A stretch of DNA of 64,000 nucleotides from Candidatus Levyibacteriota bacterium (GTDB lineage Bacteria; Patescibacteriota; Microgenomatia; Levybacterales; UBA12049). Position 1 is the first letter of the stretch. Each line of letters starts with the position of its first letter. The notes under the pieces are model-generated. The model saw only the letters and a list, made by a program, of their open reading frames with translations. It had not been told where the DNA came from and ran no database searches. A program made the translations under genes and the position numbers. The stretch spans positions 332,951 through 396,950 of the forward strand of contig OY970292.1 in NCBI GenBank assembly GCA_963716145.1, written 5' to 3'. Of the stretch, positions 1 through 9,488 are shown in pieces.

Positions 1-959
1 TTTGCTATATTAAGCATTTTCCAGGGATTTGCAGTCACCGTTTCAATTCCTATGTTTTTTACAAAATAAATATCAATTCCAGGAAGATTGGCCGATCCTC
101 CTGTTAATAAAATTTGAGAAATTGGGGATTCGTTTTTATACTTTTCGCTATAAAATGCTATCGCCTTTTTCACCTCAGAAATTATATTTGCAAAAATTGG
201 CTCAATTGCTATTCCTACTTTACCGTCTAAGCTTTTATCAGAGAATCCGTAAGTCTTTTTATATTCTTCAGCCTGACTTGTATTTAATCCAAAATTTGAG
301 GCTATTGCGTGTGTCAGTGCAACTCCACCCAAAGGAATAGAATAATTAAATACGATAACACCACTTTGTGCTATAGATAAAGATGTGTTTAAGGAGCCAA
401 TATTTATAATAAGAGAGGTCAAAGAATTATGACTTTTAATTATACCTCGTATTATGGAAAGCGTTTCTGTTTCAACCGCGACAACAGATAGTCCGGCTAA
501 TTCCAAGATTGTTTGATACCTCCTAATTAACTGATTGGGGGCAGCTACCAAAAGCACCTGCATTTTTTCTTCAGTAATAACCTCTTTGGGGCGTTTAAGA
601 ATTATCCAATCAAGCGTCATGGTATCAATTGCTGCGGGCACATGTTCTTCCGCTTCCCAATAAATCGCACTCGATAATTCCTTGTCTGACAATACGGGCA
701 TGTCGATTACTTTTGTAAAGATATGATGCTCTGGAAGAGCAATATTTACCTTGTTGGTGGTAATTTTAGCATCTGTTACTAATTTGCTTATGGTTTGAGC
801 CAACTCTTGATGGTCAAAAGGGGATTCCGACTGTATGCCTGGTGATGGATTGGGAACAGAAATAGCACTATTATATGACAAAGCATCATTCTCACGATTA
901 AGCCAGACAGCTTTTATCTTAGAAGTACCAATATCCAATCCAAATGAATTACTTTTCAT
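1..959 (-). CDS. pilM: Type IV pilus assembly ATPase-like protein PilM (actin-like). Partial: the 3' end lies beyond the window start. Not in the supplied ORF track.
   Basis: Manual translation of the minus strand from the ATG at 959-957 gives MKSNSFGLDIGTSKIKAVWL..., then ...LTGGSANLPGIDIYF. This is the characteristic PilM/FtsA-like GLDIGT and LTGG motifs. There is no stop before position 1. Its start overlaps the stop of the downstream gene (TAATG). Confidence 0.8.
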   Translation of the reverse strand, partial: MKSNSFGLDIGTSKIKAVWLNRENDALSYNSAISVPNPSPGIQSESPFDHQELAQTISKLVTDAKITTNKVNIALPEHHIFTKVIDMPVLSDKELSSAIYWEAEEHVPAAIDTMTLDWIILKRPKEVITEEKMQVLLVAAPNQLIRRYQTILELAGLSVVAVETETLSIIRGIIKSHNSLTSLIINIGSLNTSLSIAQSGVIVFNYSIPLGGVALTHAIASNFGLNTSQAEEYKKTYGFSDKSLDGKVGIAIEPIFANIISEVKKAIAFYSEKYKNESPISQILLTGGSANLPGIDIYFVKNIGIETVTANPWKMLNIA

Positions 960-1855
960 TATTTAGGTGAGAAAAAAATAAAAGGAAATAGTTCGACAGG
1001 CAGTTTGGGGTATCCGCGAAAACTAACAATCTTGCGTTGAGTAGTATCAGAGATTCCCGTTGCTGTTATAACAGTCCCCTGAGCCGGTAAATCAGCCGGA
1101 GCCTTTACTCCGGCAATCGTTGGAGCATATAAGGGAATAATCCTCATCAAAAGACCGGATGTCACAGCTATAGTATACTTATATCCAAAAGTCTTCCCGC
1201 CAAAAGTATCGCCAGGAGTCAGCACGCGTAGTGGTAGCGGTGAGGTTGTTGTTTGAAATTTATTTACAGCGGCACGCGCAGAACATGGATCCAGTAAATA
1301 CTCAGTGAGCTTAGGCGCTGCTTTTGATCCGGAAATTAATATAATTTCAAGAGCTGCTTGAGTCGTAGAGCTTTCCGGACCGGTATTGCATACCTCGCCC
1401 GCAGTACCCCAATTTACAGTTAAGTTTCCGCTCCATTGACCTGTAAAATCTGGGTGATTAGATAACCAAACATCAATTGGTTCATCTTTGAGAATAATTG
1501 CACCGTTATGAAGAACAATTTCAGTTCCTGAAAGCGGCTTAACTAATGTTGAGTAATGCGAATTATTGCCAAGTGATGTATCAGCAATAGGAGTAGGATT
1601 TGCCAAAGTACGTTCAATTCCTGCTTCTGCTGCTGAAAAGGCGCGTTGTGAACTCTCATCCTCACTTGATATACGAATATTTGCAGTGCTTCTTATGGCT
1701 ACCGACAATCCCACAGTTAATGCCACGACCATAACCATAAGAACAATAAGAAGGGTTTGTCCCGCCTGCCAACGACTGGCACTGGCGGGCAGGCCACTCT
1801 CCAACCGCTTTATTTGAAATTGTTTTATAAGTTGGCTTTTTTTATATTTTTTCAC
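959..1855 (-). CDS. PilX_N-type minor pilin / pilus assembly protein, with an N-terminal hydrophobic segment
   Basis: N-terminal RWQAGQTLLIVLMVMVVALTVGLSVAIRS....SSQRAFSAAEAGIE matches the PilX_N pattern (Q-G-x-L-L-V...LT..G...R...SQ.AF.AAEAG). It sits directly downstream of the giant adhesin and upstream of pilM in the same orientation. Confidence 0.55.
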   Translation of the reverse strand: MKKYKKSQLIKQFQIKRLESGLPASASRWQAGQTLLIVLMVMVVALTVGLSVAIRSTANIRISSEDESSQRAFSAAEAGIERTLANPTPIADTSLGNNSHYSTLVKPLSGTEIVLHNGAIILKDEPIDVWLSNHPDFTGQWSGNLTVNWGTAGEVCNTGPESSTTQAALEIILISGSKAAPKLTEYLLDPCSARAAVNKFQTTTSPLPLRVLTPGDTFGGKTFGYKYTIAVTSGLLMRIIPLYAPTIAGVKAPADLPAQGTVITATGISDTTQRKIVSFRGYPKLPVELFPFIFFSPK

Positions 1856-1951
1856 TGCAAATCTATCGTAACAAGCTCACAAGACTGTGTCAACCGCGTT
1901 CATGTAAACTTGAAATGATCAACCTAGATTGAAGCTACCTGAGGCATTAAA

Positions 1952-4900
1952 TCAAGAGGTATTAATATCTCTTCTTGCTGTTAGTTTTCTTAATCTCAAA
2001 CCCATCACCACTATCACAAGCCCCAGTACTCCAACAACCCCCAGTGTAACCGGTTCAAGCAAAGGGTTTCTCCTTTGTATCTTCACATTCAGTTCATATC
2101 TTTTAACATTGTCACTTGCTGCAAGAACCATTTTTTGTTCTCCTGTATCACCATTGTAGGCAATAATGACTGTGTGTTCGCCTTTTTCTACCTCTTTGAA
2201 TGTTGCTATACCTTTATCATTTGTCTTTGCTTGTCTTGGGGTAGAGTGGAGAGTAACCGAAGCCCCTCCAACCGGGTTATTCTCCTCATCTGTTACCTTT
2301 ACATCTACATCATAGGTCTTGTCCTGAGCGGAGTCGAAGGATTCTTTTTCCATCTGATTTTCTTTTGTTTTGCTGCTATCACACTTGATCTTTAGTTTCC
2401 AACCTACTTCCAGCAGAGAGGATGTTTTAAGCGTAGGGTAAGTGTCTTGATTAAGAGTTGCTATCTTTTTGTAGTCTTCTATTTTTCCCAGCTTTTCCTT
2501 AGCAATTGAGGAGAGGGAATCACCTTTCCTGACAGTGTAGTAGCTGCAGACTAAGCTTCCATCTCCTCCAGCTCCTGTCCCATCTCCCTCTTCATCAACA
2601 GGAGTTAAGCTTGATTGGGTTATCAGGTTACCGGTTGAATAGAATGGGAGAGTCTTGGCTGAGATCTGATTTGACCATTCTCCTGTGGCGCAGCCATTAC
2701 CTGCTCTTACTCTAAAGTAGTAGGTGGTTGAGGGGTCAAGGTTTTGGACTAGATAGGTTCTTGTTCCTTTCCCACCTATGTTGGAAGCAGCAAAGCTGTA
2801 TACTCCTGATTTGGTTCCGTATTCAAGTGTGTAGTGATCATATGGATCAGATGCATCGGTGAAGGTAAGAAGAATAGAACTCCCTCCTTTGGGAAGAGCT
2901 GAGTAGAGGTTAATAGGTATAGCTCCAACAGTGGTAGCTGTACAGACAGGTGAGTCTGTGGTTGATCGGGCAGGCTGAGTTTGGATATTGCATGAGGAGG
3001 GGTTAAAGCTCCAGTTGGTATTATTACCAGAGTCTATGCTATCACAAGTAGCTAGGATAACACTGTTGATATTGTGTGAATCCTGGACATCAAGGTATTG
3101 CATGTTACGTGGACCTTGAGGATCAATATTCCAGGCAGTACCAGGGGTTGAGGAACGCAGAGAGAGCTTGTTGCCCGAGTCTGTACCTCTGAGGGTGAGG
3201 GTGCCGAGGATTGTTTGGGTGGTACCTGAGGAGAAGGTGAGGGTTACCGGGGGTAGTTCTTGTCAGATTGTAGAAGGTGGTTGTATCATTGATGTGCTGA
3301 CCTATACCATCAAAAACAATTGTTCCATTATTGTGATTGAAAGTACCTCCGGTGTGATTAAAGTTTCCGCCCCCCCCTACAGTCATCGTGCCTGAAGGTG
3401 CGGTGAAACTACCTGCGGTAATATTAAAATTGTCAGTGAAATCCACCACTGTATAGTTTCCTAAATTTAATGTGGCTCCATCTACATTAAAACCACTTGT
3501 GGATACCAATCCAGTAAAACCAGATATAACTGCAGTAGTATTGAAATTGGATCCTCCCGCTGTGCTTCCAAGCGTCAGAGTACCGGTACCGGTTAATGTT
3601 CCGTTGAGTGTAATTCGGCCTGTTTGTGGATTATTTCCCAAAGGGAGCGTGCAATCTGCATTGACGGTTGAAAATCCATTATGAAGGTTTACTAAATTAA
3701 AAGTTGCATTATTACAACTCAAAGTTTGAACAGTTGTTCCATCAAACGTCACCGTCCCACCATTGGCATTGAAGGTACTACCTGAATCAGATATAAAGTT
3801 GGATGCGAAGGTTGCAGTGCCCTCTGGAGCCGTAAAGATAGCGCCTGAATTAAGGTTAAAGCCAGCATTTACATCAAATATAGTGTAGCTACCGAAATTG
3901 TAAGCACCATTAACAGTAAGAGCGTTCGAAACGAGGCCATTGAAACCCGAGAGAGCTCCTCCTGAATTTAGGGTAAGCGTAGTGATATTAGCCGTAAGTG
4001 TGCCACTTCCCGATAAAGTACCATTGAGCACCACATTCCCACCTGCTCCCACAGTAGGATTATTTCCCACAGGCAAATTACAATCACTGCTTATAGTTTT
4101 TGTCCCGGCAGGATTTGCAATAATGACAAAGTTGAAGACCGTATTATTACAGCTTGTAACACCGCCAGAGGTATCCAAAACAACTGTGCCGCCATTGGCA
4201 TTGAACGTAGTTCCGGAATTTATAGTGAATGTGCTCCCAAAGGTTGCAGTGCCCGACAGCGCCGTAAATACAGCCCCCGAACTAAGCGTAAATATGCCGT
4301 TCACATCAAACGTTGTATAACTGCCAAAATTATAATTGGCACCAGATAAGGTAAGTGCACCCGTTACCAAACCACTAAACCCTGATAAAGTTGAACCACT
4401 ATTAAGAGTTAATGCGTTTCCAGTTCCGGCTGTTCCCATAGTCAGTGTTCCAGAACCAGATAATGTGCCATTAAGCGTAAGATCTGCGTTGCTATCACTC
4501 CCTACTGTTGGATTATTGCCCAGAGGCAAGTTACAGGTGCTTCCAACTGTTTTAATAGTCCCTCCAGTATGCGCAAATGTAACTAAATTAAATGTAGTAT
4601 TATTGCAGCTCAGGGTAGCCGTTACTGCTCCATCAAATGTGATGGTCCCGCCATTGGCATTGAAGGTGGTGCCGGAATTGAGTGTAAAAGAACTGGCAAA
4701 GGTTGCAGTGCCCGACAGCGCCGTAAATACAGCTCCAGAGTTGAGTGTGAATGTTCCATTAATATCAAAAGTAGTGTAAGTGCCAAAATTATATGTAACG
4801 CTGCTAATCGTTACCTGTCCAGCAACCAGTCCACTAAATCCTGACAAGCTTGAACCACTGTTGAGCGTTAACAAGTTGGTTGTGGCTGTAGTCCCTATTG

Positions 4901-5591
4901 TTAGGGTACCAGTGCCCGACAAAGTACCACTTAGGGTAAGATCAGCATTTGCATCTGCACCAACAGTTGGATTATTTCCCAGAGGAAGGGAGCAGTTGCT
5001 ACTGACTGTTTTTGTGACATTCGTGGTATGCACAAAAGTTACAAGGTTAAATGTAACATTGTTACAACTTAGGGTAGCGCTTGCAGTCCCATCAAAAGTG
5101 AATGTCCCACTATTATGATTGAAAGTTGGTGACCCGGAGATAGTCATAGTATTTGATATTGTCGTTGAGACGCTAGATGCTGTAAATGTGCCTCCAGACA
5201 AAATAAAAATATTCAAATCCAGTGTTTGCCCCGCGGCTGTAAATGTGCCTCCCGCTTGTTGAAAAGTGGAAGTTGGAGTTAAAGATCTGGCCAATGTAAT
5301 AGTGCCAGAGTAAGTTGAGGCTATATCTATTGTGACTATTGTCCCACCAAAACCTGCATCAACAGTGCTATTCTTAGTTGAAGTAGAATTAAAAATCGCC
5401 GTGTCCGCTGAGGCAGGACAGACATCAGTAGTCCAGTTGGTACAATCTGACCAGTTATTGGTTGATCCTCCTCCATCCCATGTGAGAGAAGCAGCATAAG
5501 ATTTATTAAGGGGAGCGGAAAACAAAAAGAGAGCCAGAAGAATACAAACGGAAAAAAGAGAAATGATAAAGGAACTCAAACGGCGGTGCAT
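1952..5591 (-). CDS. Giant secreted cell-surface adhesin, ~1210 aa. N-terminal signal peptide; at least four ~148-aa Pmp-like beta-helical repeats (FxxN...GGT[IV]); FN3 domain; LysM domain; CarbopepD_reg/Ig-like domain; C-terminal TM anchor. The reading frame is interrupted by a 1-nt indel in a G5 run at 3249-3253. ORF-track pieces 3123..5591 and 1952..3103 are one gene.
   Basis: The 822-aa ORF ends in nonsense sequence (PHLLLRYHPNNPRHPHPQRY...). The alternate frame reads ...TLTFSSGTTQTILGTLTLRGTDSGNKLSLRSSTPGTAWNIDPQGPRNMQYLDVQDS..., continuing in frame into the 383-aa ORF. Repeats TFNANGGTITFDG / TFNHNSGTFTFDG recur every ~148 aa. TTYYFRVRAGNGCATGEWS marks the FN3 domain and YTVRKGDSLSSIAKEKLG the LysM domain. 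VKVTDEENNPVGGASVTLHSTPRQAKTNDKGIATF is a CarbopepD_reg-like domain. The C-terminus is LLEPVTLGVVGVLGLVIVVMGLRLRKLTARR. Confidence 0.7.
3280..5100. repeat. About four tandem ~445-bp repeats inside the adhesin gene, encoding the Pmp-like repeat units. They also explain the spurious + strand ORFs here.
   Basis: The protein repeats are near-identical 145-150-aa blocks: ...LSCNN.TFNLV....LPLGNNPTVG...LTLNSG..LSGF.GLV....NFG.YT.FD.N..F.L.SGA.FTA..GTATF...F...SGTTFNANGGT. Confidence 0.6.
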
Positions 5592-5668
5592 ATTTTAAAT
5601 AAGCAGTAACTAACATATAGTATGCTATTTTGAAGCAGAAAGTCAATGGAGAGGGTAGGAAGATTGAA

Positions 5669-6259
5669 TTATTTACTGGAGTTTCTCAAAGTAACCGAGG
5701 TTTGGAATGGAATTGAACCGGTAGCCTCAACTAAATTACCAGCGTTTTTAGAATCCAACGTGAAGCTAAAATTAATAGTTGGCGGATCGTCAGGACTAGC
5801 CTGAGAACATGTAAAAGAACACTGAGTTACAGTCACAGCATTTGTATCAACGAGTGAGGCCCCGTTTGAAGCGATAGTACCCGTTGAACCTGTAGAACAT
5901 ACAAAAGTAGTCTTACTGTTGTCCGAGAGAGACCTGATGGCAATAGGACCATCTACTGCAGAACAAGCAGAATCCAGACTCTTAGCGTACCTTACTTGTT
6001 TTACTATTTGAGATAGTGCGTTGTTGCCATTTTGCTTCAGACTCACCAATCTATCTGACTTACTGCTTGCACGAAGAGTCGCAAAAATAATCGATACAAT
6101 AACTGTTCCTGTTGCTGCGAACAATGCTACAATTACCACCAATTCTACCAGGGTAAAGCCCCGCGGGGAATTTCCAATTTGCAATCTCCAATTTCCAATC
6201 CGCTCTTTATTGGTTGATATTTGATATTTGAAATTTGATATTTGAAATTTGATATTCAT
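5669..6259 (-). CDS. Prepilin-type (class III signal) pseudopilin / minor pilin
   Basis: RGFTLVELVVIVALFAATG follows the G/FTLVE prepilin peptidase motif with Glu at +5. The true start is uncertain. The in-track ATG at 6259 puts a 14-bp tandem DNA repeat in the leader. An in-frame TTG at 6184 would give a short leader MQIGNSPRG|FTLVE. Confidence 0.7.
   Translation of the reverse strand: MNIKFQISNFKYQISTNKERIGNWRLQIGNSPRGFTLVELVVIVALFAATGTVIVSIIFATLRASSKSDRLVSLKQNGNNALSQIVKQVRYAKSLDSACSAVDGPIAIRSLSDNSKTTFVCSTGSTGTIASNGASLVDTNAVTVTQCSFTCSQASPDDPPTINFSFTLDSKNAGNLVEATGSIPFQTSVTLRNSSK
6216..6256. repeat. 14-bp tandem repeat (gatatttgaaattt x2, plus partial copies) at the 5' end or upstream of the pseudopilin gene
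   Basis: Read directly: ttgatatttgatatttgaaatttgatatttgaaatttgatattcat. Confidence 0.5.
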
Positions 6260-6708
6260 GGTCCTTGTACCGGATTAGCAGTGGATAGACAAGAGGTAAT
6301 TTGACTTTTATGACAAAAACTACCGCCAGAACATTTTCCATCACTCCAAGAAACTGTTGCTGTCGCTTTTGCTACGCTTGAAGCACAGCCGGGAGTTTGT
6401 TCAATTGAAACCGACCGGATAAAATTATCCACATTTTTAATTGTGCATGAGGGAGAAGAAGTAGGCAAAGTTGAGGCCCCTTTGCTCAAACAGAAATTTC
6501 CGCTATAGCCTGTAAAGGCTGCATAGTTATTATTTCTAGTATTGCGAGTAATCTCAATTCCCTCCTGGGCATACTGGGTAGCAAGGCTTTGATCCCTACC
6601 ATATCCGGCGTTACTCAAAGACGATGCAACAATTACAGCAATACCTGATAAGATAATACCAACTACGCTTAGTGCTAATAGTGATTCAATTAGTGTTTGA
6701 CCCTTCAT
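6256..6708 (-). CDS. Prepilin-type pseudopilin. Start re-set to MKGQTLIESLL. The ORF-track start at 6822 lies inside the upstream gene.
   Basis: MKGQTLIESLLALSVVGIILSGIAVI has the class III signal (G|QTLIE). An ATG at 6708 lies 5 nt downstream of the stop of the preceding pseudopilin gene. The C-terminal region is Cys-rich (disulfide D-region-like). Confidence 0.7.
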   Translation of the reverse strand: MKGQTLIESLLALSVVGIILSGIAVIVASSLSNAGYGRDQSLATQYAQEGIEITRNTRNNNYAAFTGYSGNFCLSKGASTLPTSSPSCTIKNVDNFIRSVSIEQTPGCASSVAKATATVSWSDGKCSGGSFCHKSQITSCLSTANPVQGP

Positions 6709-6712
6709 GCTT

Positions 6713-7165
6713 TTATGGTAAGGAAATGTTTCCAGTATTGTTAATAATAATTGACTTGGTTTTTCCATAACCGCTAATAGTGATTGTACCAGGAGCTGAA
6801 ACCGTACCTGTGGATACATCAAAAAGAACGCTTGTCAGACCGCTTCCAAAACTTACTTGCCCGGGTAGTTTTTTTTGAGTAATCAGATGATCACCTGCGC
6901 ATACTACATCAAGATGATAATCCTGACCCGAAGGGGTTATAACCACTTTATATCCATCGAGAGGATTGGTTCCGCAGACAGAAGGCTTAACCTGGGAAAT
7001 AGCTCTTGACCGGGCAATATTCAAAAGACTCGAAAACCCGGACATACCGGATCCAAACACCTGAGAACTATTGTATGAACTGAAAACCACAACACTCATC
7101 ATGGAAATTATGCCGATGAATGCAAAAACAATTAGAAGCTCCATAAGAGTAAACCCTTTTTTCAT
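6713..7165 (-). CDS. Prepilin-type pseudopilin / minor pilin
   Basis: MKKGFTLMELLIVFAFIGIISMMSVVVF has the canonical KGFTLxE leader-plus-helix. It overlaps its neighbours by 4 nt, suggesting translational coupling. Confidence 0.75.
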   Translation of the reverse strand: MKKGFTLMELLIVFAFIGIISMMSVVVFSSYNSSQVFGSGMSGFSSLLNIARSRAISQVKPSVCGTNPLDGYKVVITPSGQDYHLDVVCAGDHLITQKKLPGQVSFGSGLTSVLFDVSTGTVSAPGTITISGYGKTKSIIINNTGNISLP

Positions 7166-7581
7166 GGATTAGTAACAGTATAAGAAACCCCTGCTCCGCC
7201 GCAAACATCTACAGCGTCTTTTTGTAAATCAGCGGTATTTTCCAGACATGCAATAAGATTATAACCCGATGCGATGATCGTGTATGTATACGCAGCAGAT
7301 GTGGTGGGATCGCAGGGAATTGCTTTAATGTAGGTTGTTCCGGAGACAGTCAAGGCGCTACCACAGCTTGGAAGAGGAGATGCTGGATATGAACCCTGAT
7401 CTGACCGATGTAGCTCCAAAACAGCCTGTAACTTGGCAAGGTCTGTTTTTCTTTGAGTATCCCGGGCTTTTTTAATTTGAAATAAAGGATTTAAAGCAGT
7501 CATAGCAGCAATTGCTAACGCACCTATCAGTGCAATAACAACTAACATTTCAACCAATGTAAAGCCTTTTTTCATGATCAT
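7162..7581 (-). CDS. GspG/PulG-like major pseudopilin (type II secretion / T4P pseudopilin G family)
   Basis: MIMKKGFTLVEMLVVIALIGALAIAAMTALNP...KARDTQRKTDLAKLQAVLELHRSDQGSYP follows the T2SS-G family consensus, including the ARDT.R..DL..L..AL motif. Confidence 0.8.
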   Translation of the reverse strand: MIMKKGFTLVEMLVVIALIGALAIAAMTALNPLFQIKKARDTQRKTDLAKLQAVLELHRSDQGSYPASPLPSCGSALTVSGTTYIKAIPCDPTTSAAYTYTIIASGYNLIACLENTADLQKDAVDVCGGAGVSYTVTNP

Positions 7582-7603
7582 AATATATTATGATACATGT
7601 TTA

Positions 7604-8452
7604 TCACATATGTAAATAGACGAGGGCTTTTCCAACCAATAAATCTCCCCAAAACAAGCTAATTAAGGTTCCTGCAACCAGGAACGGGCCAAACGGTATA
7701 GTCGCACCTCTAATTTTTTTATGCTTTATTCCGAGTATTACCAAAGGAATTACCGCACCGCTTATTACTGCAATATAAAATCCGAGTACAACTTTTGGAT
7801 ATCCCAGAATGAATCCCATTAAAAATGCATATACCACATCCCCAAAGCCCATGCCTTTTCCGCGGGTTACTAGAAAAATAAACAAAAAAAACAGAAATAG
7901 GCCGACAGCGCTCAAAATATAATTGAAAAACATTATACCGGGAGTTGGCAATAATACTTGCCGTAAAACCACGGCCGACAATCCCAACGCAACAGCATTA
8001 AAGGGGATAATTCCAAATTTCAGATCCGTAAAGAAAATAATAATTAGAGTTGAGATTAAAAAAAGATAGTACAGCAGGAAAAAACTCAAAATATGCAATG
8101 AATTTACCGGAGCACCTGTTGATCCGCCCAAAACAAAATATGCAGAAAAAGCAAACAATAGACCGGTAATTAATTCAACTAGGGGATAATACAGGCCCAT
8201 TGCATGCCCGCAATACCTGCATTTCCCTTGGAGCATTACAAAAGAAATAATAGGGATAAGATCAATCAAAGATAAAACATGCTTACAACTGTCGCAATGC
8301 GACCTTCCTTTAAGAGAGCTTTCTTCGCTAGGCATCCTATCCACCAAAACATTTAAAAAACTGCCTATAAATAATCCTAATAAAAAAAATGAGATAATTA
8401 ATAAAGCAAGCATGTACTGAGCGTATCTAAAATAGGGGGAAAAAGCAATCAA
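7604..8452 (-). CDS. pilD: Prepilin peptidase PilD (A24 aspartic peptidase)
   Basis: N-terminal zinc-binding Cys tetrad CDSCKHVLSLIDLIPIISFVMLQGKCRYCGH. Polytopic membrane body with GMGFGDV (catalytic Asp region). Confidence 0.85.
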   Translation of the reverse strand: MIAFSPYFRYAQYMLALLIISFFLLGLFIGSFLNVLVDRMPSEESSLKGRSHCDSCKHVLSLIDLIPIISFVMLQGKCRYCGHAMGLYYPLVELITGLLFAFSAYFVLGGSTGAPVNSLHILSFFLLYYLFLISTLIIIFFTDLKFGIIPFNAVALGLSAVVLRQVLLPTPGIMFFNYILSAVGLFLFFLFIFLVTRGKGMGFGDVVYAFLMGFILGYPKVVLGFYIAVISGAVIPLVILGIKHKKIRGATIPFGPFLVAGTLISLFWGDLLVGKALVYLHM

Positions 8453-8468
8453 AAGTTATCAAATGTAC

Positions 8469-8924
8469 TTACGGGCAAACTGTTGTTGCTGTTGCAGCGG
8501 CGCATAATTTTCCGTTTGATGAATTATATAATGCTTTTACAAATGATGCTGAAGTGTATTTCTTGGATTTTAAAGTTCCGGTCATTGTAAAAGCTGTTGC
8601 TGTATAGGTTGGGGTATATGTATATCCGCTTGGGGCAGTTGGTATAGCTCTCAATTCACCTGAACTTACAATTGTCGCGGCAGTAGGATATGTTCCATTA
8701 TTTGAGGCTGCATATGCTTCTGCTGCCTTTGACATAAGAGTAAGGTCACTAAAAACCTTGGCATCATTTCCTGCGTTGATTTTATCAATCGGATCAATAG
8801 TTGCAATAAGACCAACAGCCAAAACTCCAAGAACTGCTATAACAACCAAAAGCTCAACAAGAGTAAAGCCCTTCGACTTGCTCAGGGCAAGTCCTTTTTG
8901 AAGTTTTTTAAATTGCTTTTGCAT
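8469..8924 (-). CDS. Major type IV pilin, copy 1 (PilA/PilE-like)
   Basis: Long basic leader MQKQFKKLQKGLALSKSKG|FTLVELLVVIAVLGVLAVGLIA. C-terminal Cys pair KLCAAATATTVCP (D-region disulfide). Near-identical to copy 2. Confidence 0.8.
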   Translation of the reverse strand: MQKQFKKLQKGLALSKSKGFTLVELLVVIAVLGVLAVGLIATIDPIDKINAGNDAKVFSDLTLMSKAAEAYAASNNGTYPTAATIVSSGELRAIPTAPSGYTYTPTYTATAFTMTGTLKSKKYTSASFVKALYNSSNGKLCAAATATTVCP

Positions 8925-8970
8925 ATCTATATTCAGTAGAACACATATAATAAATGCTTGTCAATGAGTA

Positions 8971-8998
8971 AAATAAAAAAACCTCCGGAGAGGTTTTA
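8971..8998 (-). terminator. Rho-independent terminator between the two pilin gene copies
   Basis: aaataaaaaa ACCTC cgga GAGGT tttattt. A perfect 5-bp stem with a tetraloop is flanked by an A-run and a T-run, so it can act on either strand. On the minus strand it directly follows the stop of pilin copy 2. Confidence 0.6.
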
Positions 8999-9023
8999 TT
9001 TATACATTTTTAACATTTTATGC

Positions 9024-9488
9024 TTACGGGCAAACTGTTGTTGCTGTTGCAGCGGCGCATAATTTTCCGTTTGATGAATTATATAATGCTTTTACAAATG
9101 ATGCTGAAGTGTATTTCTTGGATTTTAAAGTTCCGGTCATTGTAAAAGCTGTTGCTGTATAGGTTGGGGTATATGTATATCCGCTTGGGGCAGTTGGTAT
9201 AGCTCTCAATTCACCTGAAGATATTATAGTTGCAGCATCAGGGTAGGTTCCGTTGTTTGAGGCTGCATATGCTTCTGCTGCCTTTGACATAAGAGTAAGG
9301 TCACTAAAAACCTTGGCATCATTTCCTGCGTTGATTTTATCAATCGGATCAATAGTTGCAATAAGACCAACAGCCAAAACTCCAAGAACTGCTATAACAA
9401 CCAAAAGCTCAACAAGAGTAAAGCCCTTCGACTTGCTCAGGGCAAGTCCTTTTTGAAGTTTTTTGAATTGTGATTTTTTGAAAGTCAT
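9024..9488 (-). CDS. Major type IV pilin, copy 2
   Basis: MTFKKSQFKKLQKGLALSKSKG|FTLVELLVVIAVLGVLAVGL. The mature region differs from copy 1 at only two positions (TAATIVSS vs DAATIISS) plus the leader. Confidence 0.8.
   Translation of the reverse strand: MTFKKSQFKKLQKGLALSKSKGFTLVELLVVIAVLGVLAVGLIATIDPIDKINAGNDAKVFSDLTLMSKAAEAYAASNNGTYPDAATIISSGELRAIPTAPSGYTYTPTYTATAFTMTGTLKSKKYTSASFVKALYNSSNGKLCAAATATTVCP

Noticed and set aside
29-340. Plus-strand 103-aa ORF at the window start
   Set aside because: It lies antisense within pilM, whose translation on the minus strand is a clear PilM. Its composition is low-complexity (FLCFLQNKYQF...).
1566-1817. Plus-strand 83-aa ORF
   Set aside because: Entirely antisense to the PilX_N-type gene. 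No motif support.
3168-5118. Plus-strand ORFs 3168..3395, 3472..3684, 3940..4320, 4336..4779 and 4780..5118 (70-147 aa), opposite the adhesin gene
   Set aside because: All are Val/Pro/Leu-rich translations of the antisense of the Thr/Gly/Asn/Ser-rich tandem repeats. They repeat with the same ~445-bp period and have no starts with sensible context. They are antisense artefacts of a low-complexity repeat gene.
8978-8998. The hairpin between the pilin copies as a possible recombination site (att/dif-like), rather than a terminator
   Set aside because: It is a short perfect GC stem flanked by A and T runs, which is the canonical intrinsic terminator geometry. No recombinase gene is adjacent; the XerD-like gene is 33 kb away.
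5669-9488. Possibility that the cluster of N-methyl-type small proteins is a type II secretion system rather than a type IV pilus
   Set aside because: Taken together, the locus fits a type IV pilus rather than a T2SS. It contains pilT (a retraction ATPase, absent from T2SS) and pilM, and the duplicated pilin genes have Cys-bonded D-regions. It has no secretin and no GspC/L/M. One pseudopilin is GspG-like, but this is common in monoderm T4P.
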